The position numbers and the translations under genes were made by a program. A DNA stretch of 57,209 nt, counting the filler, from Catajapyx aquilonaris (taxonomy: Eukaryota), in assembly GCA_000934665.2 (NCBI GenBank). It is 3 parts of 3 records of this genome, joined end to end, with 100 filler letters (N's around TTAATTAATTAA, not from the genome) between each part and the next. Parts side by side here need not be neighbours in the genome. Positions count along the whole stretch, not along the records: positions 1 to 20,939 come from KZ539595.1; positions 21,040 to 39,085 come from JYFJ02006798.1; 1 more part is not named here. The stretch is one strand, 5' to 3'. The notes under the pieces were generated by a model. That model made no database searches. It was not told the origin of the DNA and saw nothing but the letters and a program-made list of their open reading frames with translations. Shown here in pieces: positions 10,801-22,125 of the stretch (within the stretch, counting starts at the first letter, position 1; the number at the start of each line of letters is the position of its first letter).

Positions 10801-13800
10801 ACAGCACTCTCCAATGTTAACAAGTATTTAAAATTTCTCCACAGTTAACAGTAACATGTTAATATATAGGGATGCCAATTAATTTTTCTAAACACAACCA
10901 TTAGCATACATTGACCTGACAGGCAGTGGGCTACGTTATACTTTAAGTACAAAAATGACTAAGAACCACGCATAGGAATTAATATTACTGCAAAAACTGC
11001 ACATTTAAATAAACACCTGTGCTGCTTCATAAAAGGAGGGTCTCTTAAAAAATAAGTAAACCTCTACCAAATGATTCGTCATCAGGAATGTAACAGTGGG
11101 TTTTTCCTGCTATCTTTTTTTTTGTTATGCAGTAGGCCTATATTTTACCAAGCAACAGTCCATATCATGCCCAGTGAATGAAAATAGTGATACATTAGTG
11201 TATCTACACTAGGGAACCAGACACATTTGAGGGGTGGTTGGGATATGGCATGTAGTCTCAACTCAAGCATAGAAGAAATTGAGCTGAGGTTGTGCCCACA
11301 TCATTGTACATACACCTCAAGCATGTCAGGCCCTTAGTTTAAAAACACAGAATTATGCTCTTAAAAAAGGATATATTTTGAAGTGTTACAAAGGTTGTAA
11401 CCAGTTGTGTCCAGCTTACATTTTTTAAATTAATTCTCCTTTACATTTGAAATACATTGTCACACTTCTACTCAAACCATCTTTATCTGCATGAATCACA
11501 AATAAAGTATATTAATAATGCAAAATGAAACAACACTTTAAAATTCCCCTTGGACTTTCGACTCAATTTTTGGTATGAATAAATCTTTTCATGACACAAT
11601 ATAACTTAAACAGTATTTCATCAATCTTTATGCATCAATATATGTATGAAGGATGGACCCAAAATAAAATATGGACTAATGCATGATGATTACATTTGAA
11701 GCTAAAAGATGAAGCTAAACTGCCAGCAAAAATCAAGGCCCTCCAAGAAAGCAAATTCACTTATGAAACAGCAATGACATAACTGTGACCCTGAACTGAA
11801 GCTCACTGCTGGCTTCATAATTGCAGTAATATGGTCACTAGTTAGGAGTTGCCAAAGTTTGACTGCACATTATTAAACTGAACTGGAAGCATTGAAGAAA
11901 ATGCAACTGTTTCCTGTTTGGGTTAAAAAAGTAGGAACCAAAGACTGACAACACAACCTGCCTTCACATCTCCATGCCCTCAATATTGGCATCCCTTTTT
12001 CCCTAACGAATGGCAGTTGACTGAAGAGTTGACACATAATCTCCTCCTTCCTTTACTCTGCCCCTAACAATGCCTTGGAAAGCTCCCCTAGACCCAGTTC
12101 CTGGCAAACAGCAATAGCCCCCTGATCTCTCATAAACTCAGCTGCAGTTGGACTAGCCCTGGCCAGCCGACACAGGAAGTCCTCCATGGCAGCCAGGGTA
12201 CCACCATGGGCAGCCCCTGGTCTGGTCCGCCCCAGAAGGCGAATCATGGCCCCACAAAAGCCTGAATCAACCAAGAAATCAGCCAGCCAGCCCACAGTGG
12301 ACAGGAGAGCACCTAGGGATTGCATCCCCAGAAACCAAAGCTCCATTATGTCAGACCAGTGGGGTCGATACTCCCTCGACACCAGGAGAGTCCCATCAGA
12401 TTCAGCGTCAACTTCATGCGCATCCCACAAGAAGCGAACCACACTCTGGACAAAGGTGGTTGGGATGTCTGCTTCTGAAGGAGACGTCATGTCACTTTTG
12501 CTGTCACCCACCTGCAGAGTTGAAAGAATACATGAAGTGCATCAAATCTGACTTGCTGTTTTATACATCAAATGTAAACAAATTCATCGGCCTGTAGTGT
12601 AGCCATGCAGGAATGTTCACAGGTTTCTCTAATGACATAATTATAGTCAAATGAGCAAAATGGAGTTCATCAAGGGACCACACTTTTAGCTTGCATTAAG
12701 TCTGTAATCCCGCATTGTATTCCACAGAATGTGGCAACATACAGGTAGTGCACCTCTCTATTCTGGTAACCTGCATGCTTTCATTTATTAAAACCCAAAG
12801 CACACAATATCCCATGACTGAGTACCAACCTGTTGCTTGAGGAGCAGCAATCCAAGAACTGCAGCAGTGGCAAAAAGGACTAAGTCACGGCCACACATAT
12901 TTGTCCCTTGTCCTGTCCCCACGTTAGCCCCACCTGGCAGGGATGGTCTCTGGGCCATCTCAGGCACAGCTGAGTACACAAGCTTAAGCAGTTGTCTATA
13001 GACTGGCTGCTTAGCCACTCGAGCGCTTTCAAGGACAGCAAGGTTCATCAGCACATTGGAGGCTGTAACCAGTGCCTGTCTGGCAGCAGCTAGTTCTTCC
13101 TCTGATTGCATCACTTCCCTAGGGGTAGGTCCCCCTGCAGGTGAATCTGATGGCATGACTGGGATAGCAGATTCCAACACTTTTGAGCGACGTCTTGCCC
13201 TTGGCGGACGCTGCCTCTCTGCATACATATTCCATTGCTGACTAACGTACTGCAGCAGCATGTCTTCCAACCCTGCATCCAGTAGCTTCTTGCATGGTAT
13301 CTCTTCTGCAGTCAAGTGGCACAAGGCAGGCAGGAGCAAGCGGAAAAGGTCTGGAGGGCGAAGGGACTTGCGCAGTGCATCCTCATCGTCTTCATCTTCT
13401 TCGTCTTCTCCTTCTGCAAGTGGGTCAGAGCCACCTGTAACATGTTATAATTAATTCATAATTAATTTTTAATCTAAGTTAATGTTTAAAGAGGTTTATA
13501 TCTCAATCCCAATGTGTCCTCAAGTTCAGATTAGTCCAATATTCTTTCACCTTCTAGACAGGTTGTTCCAACTGAAATGATCTTAGTGGTTAGCAATTTT
13601 TTTTGCACCAAGCTGGTTATTTTTAGCAGTTACCTGGCAGTTACTTTTACTTAGTTACTTTTAATATAAGTAGCTATTACTAGGTTGTGAAGACCTGTCA
13701 TATTTAAAGCCTGCTAAAGTGGGTTCTATCGTGACTGTATCAATCCATGCAGATGACATTCAATACTGATTGGAGAACTCACATAGAAATTCAATGCAAG

Positions 13801-16800
13801 TCACAGCTTGGATGGATGATTCAATTTGACCTAATATTAGCAGCTAATACTTTTGATACTGCTAAAAGTAACAATTCCAATAACACCCCTTAAAATAAGC
13901 AGATTAGTGCCAAAAATTATCACAACTTCATTTCAATTGGAACACACTATGACTATCAAATACACTTTTGGGGCTCTTTCTCCAAGTAAATAGTTGCTGT
14001 GTCAACGTACAAATGACACAATTATTATTTAATGAAGCTATGAGTAAATGGAATGCCACACAATCAAGCCCCCTCATATCACCATATAGTCTTGACCTAT
14101 TTCCCAATTTACTCCTTAATTTACATTACATTACAAAAAATGTAAACCTGAACCAACCACTTCAGGCAGTGCCAACCCACAATGCCTTACCATAACATCA
14201 CGCCCAACCTCAGGCCAAGTGTGATAATTTAAGACAATTAGGGTGTCAGAAAGGCAGAAAAATTTTATCATAATATGCCATCTTATAATGTGAAGTAGTG
14301 CATGGTTCACTGCCCAATTCATTCAAAATATTGCAGTAGTGTGAATGTAAATGGCAGTGAATGACAATAAATGACAGTAAATTACCTCAGAATGAGAGCA
14401 CTTTCCTTGGAAAGAATCCCACAACTGTCAACAAACCTCTATTTCTGCTACGTCACATGACCAAACTTTGAGATTCTACGAGGGGTAGTCGAAAAATAAG
14501 TTTCGTGATGATAGTTTCGACACCATGCGACGGACTGGACAAAGATGAGCATGAGCAGGTACGTCAATCCTTCCGATACTTTATGGGTCGGGTAGGCGGC
14601 CAGCTCGCAGCTCATGTGCAGGCGCCATTGGACGAGACGAGCGGTGAGCCGAGCGTGCTCGCCCATATGCCTCCAGAAAAAGTCATGCTAGATAGTGTTG
14701 GTCCCATGGACTAAGGGAGAAGTTTGCTACCAGTGGTTGACATTCGACATACGACATTCATCTCCGACTAGTGGAGTGTACGATCCAGAGATGTCATGTC
14801 TGAGCAAATGGTGCAGCATTATGGTGCCAGCAATTCTGGAATAAGCTCGCAAGTGTGAAGGACAACCAGAGACCCGGACTACCAGCCACGGCAATTACCG
14901 ACAGTGTCCTAACTTCTGCCTTAGTCCATGTCACCCACTCTGTCTGCCATGACTTCTCCTGGTGGCATATGGGTGGGGATGCTCGGCTTGCCACCTGGTC
15001 TCGTCCGACAGCTGCTGCGGCTGCACATAAGCTTAAAGATTGCGTCTATCTGTCCTATAAAGTTCCAGAAGGATCAACATACTTGCTCATGCTCGTCTTT
15101 ACCCTGTCCATCACATATCATCGAAACTGTAGCATCACGAAACTTATTTTCTGACGACCCCTCGTATTTTCTTTTGCACAAGATTCTAGTTCAGAAGCAT
15201 TATTCTCCTAATTATGCCAGGGACCAGTGATATATAGCACATCCCGCAGCTGTCTTAACACACCAATATCCCCACCCACTCTAATAAAACTGCCGCAAAT
15301 TCTGTCATCTTAAGTTCTCACTAAGAATTATGCAGTGCAGGAGGTACTCACAATTACATAGAAGTTTTATTAAACCCCTCATTACGAAAACAAATTCCAA
15401 ATTTGAACCCCTTCCTCCCATGCTCATAAAAATATGCAACATATATTTGCCTGGTCTTACCTGCAGCATTGGTGTCTCCTTCTGGCAGTGGCTGATGAAA
15501 TCTGACTTTCCTGGCTTGCTGTGCTGCCCGCTGCCACTTCGCATTTTGAAATGTGTCATATGCCAGTCGTAGCAAGAAAGGGAGAAGTTCATGTACGTCA
15601 TCCCTTGCTGCAGACGTCTCCTCTGCTAACCAAGCAGCCAAGCACCTGATGGCAGCACACACAAAAAACCGTCGTCTCATGTCCTCCTGTGTTGCATCTT
15701 CCATGTTCAATCCAGATTCCGAAACTGATTTTAAAAACCCAAGCACTCCACCATAAGCCCCTTTCATGGCACAATAAAGTTGTTCCTTTTGCTTCGGTTC
15801 AAGCTCTGGCCCTGTTCCAGTGACCAGGGTGCCCAACACATGCTCCAAAATGATGAAGCATGATGATATAAGTTTTGCATCCTGTTCCACTTCTGGGAAG
15901 TTGCGACCTTCAAGCCCAACGCGTACCTCAACACAAGCAAGTTGTGCTAACAAGAGTACAAACTGTGGGTCCTCTGCAGCCCAACTCATTCCAGCAACAT
16001 CAATCATCAGGGACGCCAACTGCAAGGCTGATTCCCGCTGAGACTTTCCCACCTTGCTCCGAAGAATGTCAAACAAGGCGCGACGACTGCACCGTGTCCA
16101 ATTGTTGGAATCATTTATGTCTCCATCAGCAATGATGTCATCAACACCATATTTAGGAAGTGATGCAATTGTTGCAGCAAGAGACTTGCACACCTCAAAC
16201 TTGTGCTCAGTGTTATCAGCTTCCAACTCAACTGACAAACGTCGAACTAGCTTCCGCAGGGATTCATGTTCGCCTTCCCACACATGCTCACCAACACGTG
16301 CCATGACAGCCTGTAGCAATGACATCGCCTCGTCACATTTGAAGCTTTGCGATGCATACACATCCACCAGTCGCGAGACTGCCCCACCTCTTACCAATGC
16401 TTGTGCCCCCTTCCATCGCCCCGCCATCCATCGCAGGCACTCATATGCTTCCTGCACAACAGTCAGATCATCTTTATATTCATCTGAATCTGATGCTGAC
16501 ACTATTCCCAGCAGAAGTGGGATGTTGGCTAACATCTGTGGATGGACCACTAGTTCTGGATCAGTACAGAAACATGTCAGGACACTTAATGCAACAGACT
16601 TGTATAATGCAGGTGGGCAGTCATCAGGTGGGTTTGGAAATGCTTCAGCTCGTAACAACCGACCCAAAAAACCGAAGCCAACAGCATCCAGCACCAAGCG
16701 CCTTGAGTGAGCATCGAGGTCATCAGCTCTGACTGCCTTAGTAACCAGAAACAGGGCAGCCAGTCTTTCTGTGTCCGTCTTGGCACCCTCAAGGCGATGG

Positions 16801-18668
16801 ACCATACGTTGCACAGCTTCTGGGACAGCCACCTTCTCATCCTCCTCCTCCTCCTCCTCCTCCTCCTCCTCTTCCTCCTCCTTATTTTCTTCCACTTCCA
16901 TCTTCTTCTTATCCATGCTTTTGCCTTCCAGTATGAGCACTTATTAAATACTCGTCTAAATATGCCCTCAAATCAAGAACTGAGGCCAGTCACAAACAGA
17001 AGGAAGCTTGGGATTGGTTAAGAGGCTGCCAGGCTCATTACCATCCAGTCATGCGAGATAGCTAGTTGTTCCACTCAATCACAAACACAGACTATCAATT
17101 GTGTCGTAAAGAACCTGTGCGCTGAACTGATCTGGCACAGCTACCTCAAGTCGTGTAAAAACATCCACACCGATCATGACTGTCAGCTCAGTTTTGGGGA
17201 TGAAGGGCTCACTGCAGGGTGGCCCCCCTCATCAATTTTCCTTTGAAAGTTGTCCTGATCCGTGCACGGTTCCAAGTCCACCACCAATGCAGCCACACCA
17301 ACACCTGTCACTTGTGTTAATCCTCGCAACGCATCAAACCGCACCCACAGCGGTCACCGACAGTGTCGCAAACGCCGATAAGGCCTACAGCTCAGTCCTA
17401 ACGTCAACACTATCACTCGCTACAGCTCCCGCCTCCGCACTAACCCCAAACGGCGGCGCACTTCTTCCCACCCCAGCAAGGCCTCCAGCTTCCTCCTTCC
17501 CAAAATGGATTAAGGTTGCTAAAATCGGTGGTCCGAGGTTTGCCCACCTTGCCCCCACCAGACCATCCAAGTGGCAATGCCCAGGAGCTTCAGAAGAGGT
17601 GATACACTCGGCCTGGAGCCATTGACAGGAATGGCAGTAGTTTCACCACCTAGCCGCCAGAGAGAGATACTGGCAACGACCAGCGATCATCTATAACACA
17701 TGAGGTCATTTGCCACACAGCCTTTGCGTCACAAGGTCGGCCATCATTCTTGCGGTCAGCTACGGGCTTTTACGTAAATAGAGAGTTTACAATTCCCGCG
17801 TGACGTAACCGTGCTGGTGCATACACAACCGTGGTAAATGCACAATGTCGGTAGTAAAAATAATACAGCGGCTTGTGTTTCGTGACTGCTGCCTTTTTGG
17901 AGCCAATTTGGTCGTGCCCTTTCCTTGACATTGAAAAGCGGGAACGATCTATCAGCTGTTGGGGAAATGCCTATTAAAGTCGTTTGTATGGAAAGCGGAC
18001 GGAAATAACGGGGCTGTGCAACAATTCCGGAATATGTAATGGAGGAACAAATTATTGCGTCTGTCATAAATGTGCGCGCTATAATATTTCAAGTGTTGGC
18101 ACACTATAGGAGATCAACTGCGAAATCGGAAAAGATTTTCAACGCCCGTAAAACATGCACTAGGTTGAATACGACGTCATATATGCTGTAACAATGGTGT
18201 AGTTTGAACCGCGAGCTTTGTGAGTACAGTACTTTATCCCCCTCATAAATGTAAATATCCACACAAAATGCAAATCTTACGTGTTTCAAAAAATTAATAA
18301 ATTCTCCGCCGTCTATAAATACCGCCTTGACCCTCTAGCCAACTTAAAAAGCCACCAAAAAATTGCGAAGGAGCACATACATAGGCAGCAAAAAAATATA
18401 CCTGTCCGTACCAATCACCACACTTTCACCTGGCGACCTCCCTTATATACAAACGTCGGTCCTTTCATTTATACAGCCGAGACGGGTCGGTGAGACGTCG
18501 ATCCTGGACACGTACATAAATGCTCCAGGAAAAATAACTAGAATGGGAGAAAATTAAGTCTTGGATGTTTTATACCTTTTGGCAGGTGACGGAATCAGCT
18601 TTTCTGGTCTGAACCAATGTGTTGTCCAGGTCGAACAAAACTCCGCGTATCTGCAACTCTTTTTCCAT
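4874..18668 (-). CDS. NANP: N-acylneuraminate-9-phosphatase (HAD-family hydrolase, HDHD4), 3 exons, ~265 aa
   Basis: Exon 1 is 18668-18576 (MEKELQIRGVLFDLDNTLVQTRKADSVTCQK; HAD motif I; GT donor; too short for the ORF track). Exon 2 is 9169-8807 (MSEILQDEF...LALVTNGPSNSQWEK...FFHIIL). Exon 3 is 5215-4874 (VSGDLPWEKPQPQIF...MVVGDRPETDLLGG). All junctions are phase 0 with canonical AG/GT, and HAD motifs I-IV are present. Confidence 0.92.
5534..5585. repeat. Perfect hairpin (23-bp stem, 6-nt loop) in NANP intron 2
   Basis: TGTGAGCTTAGCTGATCTCCCCC-accaag-GGGGGAGATCAGCTAAGCTCACA. Confidence 0.9.
6844..7384. mobile_element. Tc1/mariner-type palindromic MITE
   Basis: TA|CAGGGAGATTCTCTCGAATGG ... 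CCATTCGAGAGAATCTCCCTG|TA. The arms are complementary essentially to the centre (GCATCTCAAGGCAAC..GTTGCCTTGAGATGC). TA target duplication. Confidence 0.9.
9408..9613. mobile_element. Small MITE-like inverted repeat
   Basis: Termini CAGTTATAGATCG / CGATCTATAATTG. Internal arms GTGGCACTCAGGATGCAATCCTGGAATGAGAAGTGATCTGT and ACAGATCACTTCCGATTCCAGTATTGCATCCTGTGCGCCAC are complementary. Confidence 0.7.
12053..16916 (-). CDS. NCDN: Neurochondrin homolog, 3 coding exons, ~839 aa, nested in NANP intron 1
   Basis: Exons 16916-15461, 13434-12830 and 12511-12053 (phases 1, 0; canonical sites). Neurochondrin motifs include DTERLAALFLVTK, DAVGFGFLGRLL, LAQLACVEVR, RCLAAWLAEETSA, FRLLLPALCHLTAE and WSDIMELWFLGMQ. 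An N-terminal poly-Glu is encoded by a (GAG)n tract at ~16840-16880. Confidence 0.93.
14479..15164 (+). mobile_element. Non-autonomous mariner derivative with ~210-bp inverted arms, in the first coding intron of NCDN
   Basis: TA|CGAGGGGTAGTCGAAAAATAAGTTTCGTGATG ... CATCACGAAACTTATTTTCTGACGACCCCTCG|TA. The interior encodes a decayed mariner HTH region (MSEQMVQ...SVKDNQRPGLPATAITD). Confidence 0.85.
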
Positions 18669-18809
18669 AGTAGTTGTCCGCACTAGCACACCTCTCACCT
18701 CTCCGTCGCATGGGAGCCGATTGGGCAATGCCGCATACGAACCCGATCATATGTTTGGCCTCACTGTTACCGTCATCACTAAAACCTGGCCGCATGTAGG
18801 CCGCACTAC

Positions 18810-18950
18810 ATCCGTGTATGACGTCATATGTTCCCCCAGGTTTCAGCGATCTATGACGTCTTACAGCCCCCTACCACCACCCCAACTCTCAGAGTTCCAT
18901 GACGTAATGAAACTACAATGTCCGATTGGCCCACAATTGACCAATGATGT
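18810..18950 (-). promoter_or_regulatory. Putative NANP proximal promoter (CRE/ATF sites and CCAAT boxes)
   Basis: TGACGTCA 18819-18826, TGACGTCT 18854-18861, TGACGTAA 18900-18907, ATTGG 18925-18929 and CCAAT 18941-18945 lie 150-280 nt upstream of the NANP ATG in a CpG-rich stretch. Confidence 0.5.
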
Positions 18951-20058
18951 ATTCATTCGGAGCAAACACCATGGCGCTATTATCATTCCTAATGAGCACT
19001 TTGGCTGTCCTTCTTAATAATAATAATAATCACATAGCTTGATTGTTACGGGACTTGTTTTGCAGTGTTGCGACAGGTCTATCCGGTTACTAATAGCTCT
19101 GTGGACGGGTCGACGCATTTTTATTAGCTCAATGAAAGTTGCGTTAATGTATGCTGTGCATGCTTCCTGAAAGTTAAAGGAAGATTAGAGTTTGAGGCAA
19201 TAGCTTAGCTAAATGTTCCGGTTGATGAATGTGTCTTCTGGATGTGATTATTATTAGTCACTGTAAAAGCGCGCCTTGAGTTTGCTCATGCGCTCAAATA
19301 TGTGGGAGTCATATATGGCTTATACTGTAGTGGTTGTGAATAATGTCCTTGTGTTCGACATTTTTGCTTATTCAAACATGTCTGGTGATCCACGCAGGGG
19401 GAGATTATATTGAACAACCAGTGACTTGTGATTCGGGGAGGGAGAGATTATGTTGGAGAGAGAGACAACAGTGACTAATGTTGCCCTCTGATGATATCTC
19501 GGGGGGTAAAGCCTGTAGGAGGGAAGGCGGAAGTAAGAAGAAGGAACTGAAAACCTCTAGTCGGAAATTTGAGGACGGTGAATAACACGCCTCACCCCTC
19601 AAAAGGCATATGATACGATAATTGCTTATTAGTTCATTCCTATAAGATAGTTTGATTTTTTAACAAAAAAAGTTTCTTGTATGGTGCCACTTTCAGACAT
19701 TATGCATATGCTGGAAACGGAATTGGGACATGTTTAGAGTTAGCCAATATACAGCATTGATGATGACACCCTCTATAAGGGTAAATAATACAATGTGACA
19801 TGTAGGTCAAGCGAATTACTTATGCAATACGGAATGACTATCAACTGCCAATTTTCAAATGTCAACAGATTTAGCAATCTTTTTCCTATTGGCACCGTAC
19901 AGGAATGTGGAAAGATATCACTGATATGTTAATAAACCAAAAAGAGAGACTACAATGCGATGCCATGAGCCTATACTGTACTATATCCAGCCTAAAGTGG
20001 CATACACTTTAAATGCAAGGTCACGTTGATAACGTTTGCAAGATACGGAATAATAATA

Positions 20059-20153
20059 ATCATCATCATCACATCATCATCATCATCATCAGCATCAGCA
20101 GCAGCAGCATCATCCTTGATAATCCGACTGTGACAGAATTCTGTTGCATTTTA

Positions 20154-20214
<61 letters not shown>
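20059..20214. repeat. (CAT)n/(CAG)n and (TA)n microsatellites next to an assembly gap (N 20215-20396)
   Basis: Directly visible. Confidence 0.9.
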
Positions 20215-20396
20215 NNNNNNNNNNNNNNNNNNNNNNNNNNNNNNNNNNNNNNNNNNNNNNNNNNNNNNNNNNNNNNNNNNNNNNNNNNNNNNNNNNNNNN
20301 NNNNNNNNNNNNNNNNNNNNNNNNNNNNNNNNNNNNNNNNNNNNNNNNNNNNNNNNNNNNNNNNNNNNNNNNNNNNNNNNNNNNNNNNNNNNNNNN

Positions 20397-20492
20397 CCCA
20401 CCTCGCCAGCCAAGGTAGTCGCGAGGTACCCACCTCGCCAGCCAAGGTAGTCGCGAGGTACCCACCTCGCCAGCCAAGGTAGTCGCGAGGTG
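20397..20492. repeat. 32-bp tandem repeat (at least 3 copies, truncated by the gap)
   Basis: CCCACCTCGCCAGCCAAGGTAGTCGCGAGGTA at 20397, 20429 and 20461. Confidence 0.9.
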
Positions 20493-20939
20493 GCCACCTC
20501 GCGACCACCTCGCCACTATATTAATATTATATATAAATTAATTTCGGTAAGGGGACCTCGTCATGACGAGCTAGCAGCTACTTGGCGCCAACCAAGTCAT
20601 ACTGGGTATGGGGAAGTGGCTTTTTCGCTTTTTATTATTCGCTTCTTCGCATGGTTGGTTGCTTGGTTTTCGTAGAAGTGGTGCCCGGCTTGTATGGCTC
20701 TTTCATACCGCGGATTGTCCTGCTCGCACCAAACAGCATTGCCATTTAACGACTCTAGCAAATTAATGTCACAATGAAGTACCTCGGGGGTAAATGAGCC
20801 GCATGCAGTGGAGTATCCTGCCACCTTTGCACATGGGTAATTGCCAAAATTTATTCGCATTGTTGTGGGATAAATCGGTGCAACGATACACCGACGGCAG
20901 CGCCATCTCCACGCGGGAAGCTGCCCCACATTCGAATAA

Positions 20940-21039
20940 NNNNNNNNNNNNNNNNNNNNNNNNNNNNNNNNNNNNNNNNNNNNTTAATTAATTAANNNNN
21001 NNNNNNNNNNNNNNNNNNNNNNNNNNNNNNNNNNNNNNN
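20940..21039. other. Artificial contig-joining linker
   Basis: N44-TTAATTAATTAA-N44; the 12-mer places stops in all six frames. Confidence 0.9.
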
Positions 21040-21365
21040 ATTTCAGCATCCTAGGACCACTGGAAGTGCCGTATAATTTTGATGATCAGTCAGTGAGTGA
21101 GTCAGTGAGTGAGTGAGTGTCATATTTTGACCGTTTTGGGAGATTTTAGGATTTTTTAAGTCGGAAATGAAAAGAGATATGAACATGGAAGTAAGGGGGC
21201 ATTATTTTTAATCGATTTGTATCTACCCAAATAAAAATTTTGAAGCCACCTATGTTCACCAGTGCGAAGATTCGAGGGGGTCAAAATGACGTGAGTTGTG
21301 TCGGGTAAAGGTGGTCCGGCAGTGCGGCGAGAACTTGGCGGGGGCACTGCCGTGCCCCCTAATAG
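21040..21365 (+). mobile_element. Helitron/DINE-like non-autonomous element (3' part)
   Basis: Internal (GTGA/GTCA)n microsatellite at ~21087-21120 and a 3' GC hairpin GGGGGCAC-tgcc-GTGCCCCC at 21340-21359 followed by TAATAG. Confidence 0.45.
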
Positions 21366-21607
21366 TGCTCCCGACCTCCCGTCACTACTTTGTCTCCCTT
21401 TTCCGATGAGGAATTGCTTACTATTATTAAGCATTTAAGCGTGGAGCTAGAGGTTCGTCAGTATCGTCACAAGTAGTTAATTTTTAATTTTTAATAATAA
21501 AATGAAATATGTTTAACTTTTTGTGGGTGCCCCCTGGCAGGGGGGGCCGGGGGCGCTCGTACCCTGCGCCCCCTATAAATCCGGCACTGCCTCCGACTGC
21601 TTTTTAT

Positions 21608-21812
21608 TTACTTTTTGGAAGGGAGCACCTTTTTGGAAGGGGGGACCTTTTGGAAGGGGGGGACCTTTTGGAAGGGGCGCCATTTGGGAAAGGGGCGCCT
21701 TTTTGGAAGGGGCGCCTTTTGGGAAGGGGGCGCCTTTTGGGAAGGGGGCGCCTTTTTGGAAGAGGGCGCCTTTTTGGAAGGGGCGCCTTTTTGGAAGAGG
21801 GCGCCTTTTTTA
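21608..21812. repeat. 17-19-bp minisatellite (TTTTGGAAGGGGCGCC) within hAT-like MITE remnants
   Basis: ~11 tandem units. Nearby ends TAAATCCGGCACTG (~21589) and GCCGGCCCTG (~21927) resemble CAG-terminated hAT-type TIRs. Confidence 0.8.
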
Positions 21813-22125
21813 TACGACATTTTTATATTATTTGGAAAGGGCTCATCACGCTTCTTTCGCGCCCCACACGCATCTGCGCCCTGTGCGGTAGCACTGGTCG
21901 CACACCCCTAGCGCCGCGCCGGCCCTGTGAACACCACATGGTTGATTACATAAGCCAATGTCCCCCTTTCCATTGATTCCTTTGTTTTTTTTGGCAGGTG
22001 AAGTCATAACAATGCAATATCACTCAACTCACACATGAGATGACTTGTTGAAGGCCATACTGTAGTGGCACATACTGCCGAGTGTGAGTGGGTGTCTTAT
22101 TCGTCTTGATACAACCTACATTAAA

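Noticed and set aside
17176..17625. 149-aa + strand ORF upstream of NCDN
   Set aside because: Low-complexity Pro/Ala/Thr sequence with no recognisable domain, as expected by chance in GC-rich leader DNA.
16916..18668. In-frame NANP exon 1-neurochondrin fusion protein
   Set aside because: An in-frame TAA lies just upstream of the NCDN ORF, and there is no convincing phase-0 acceptor between it and the ATG.
19378..19580. Possible first exon of a gene divergent from NANP (MLPSDDISGGK...FED|GTGAAT)
   Set aside because: Short, no homology recognised, and no downstream exon visible before the gaps.
20597..20929. 110-aa minus-strand ORF between gaps
   Set aside because: No recognisable motif, and it sits in a repeat-flanked fragment.
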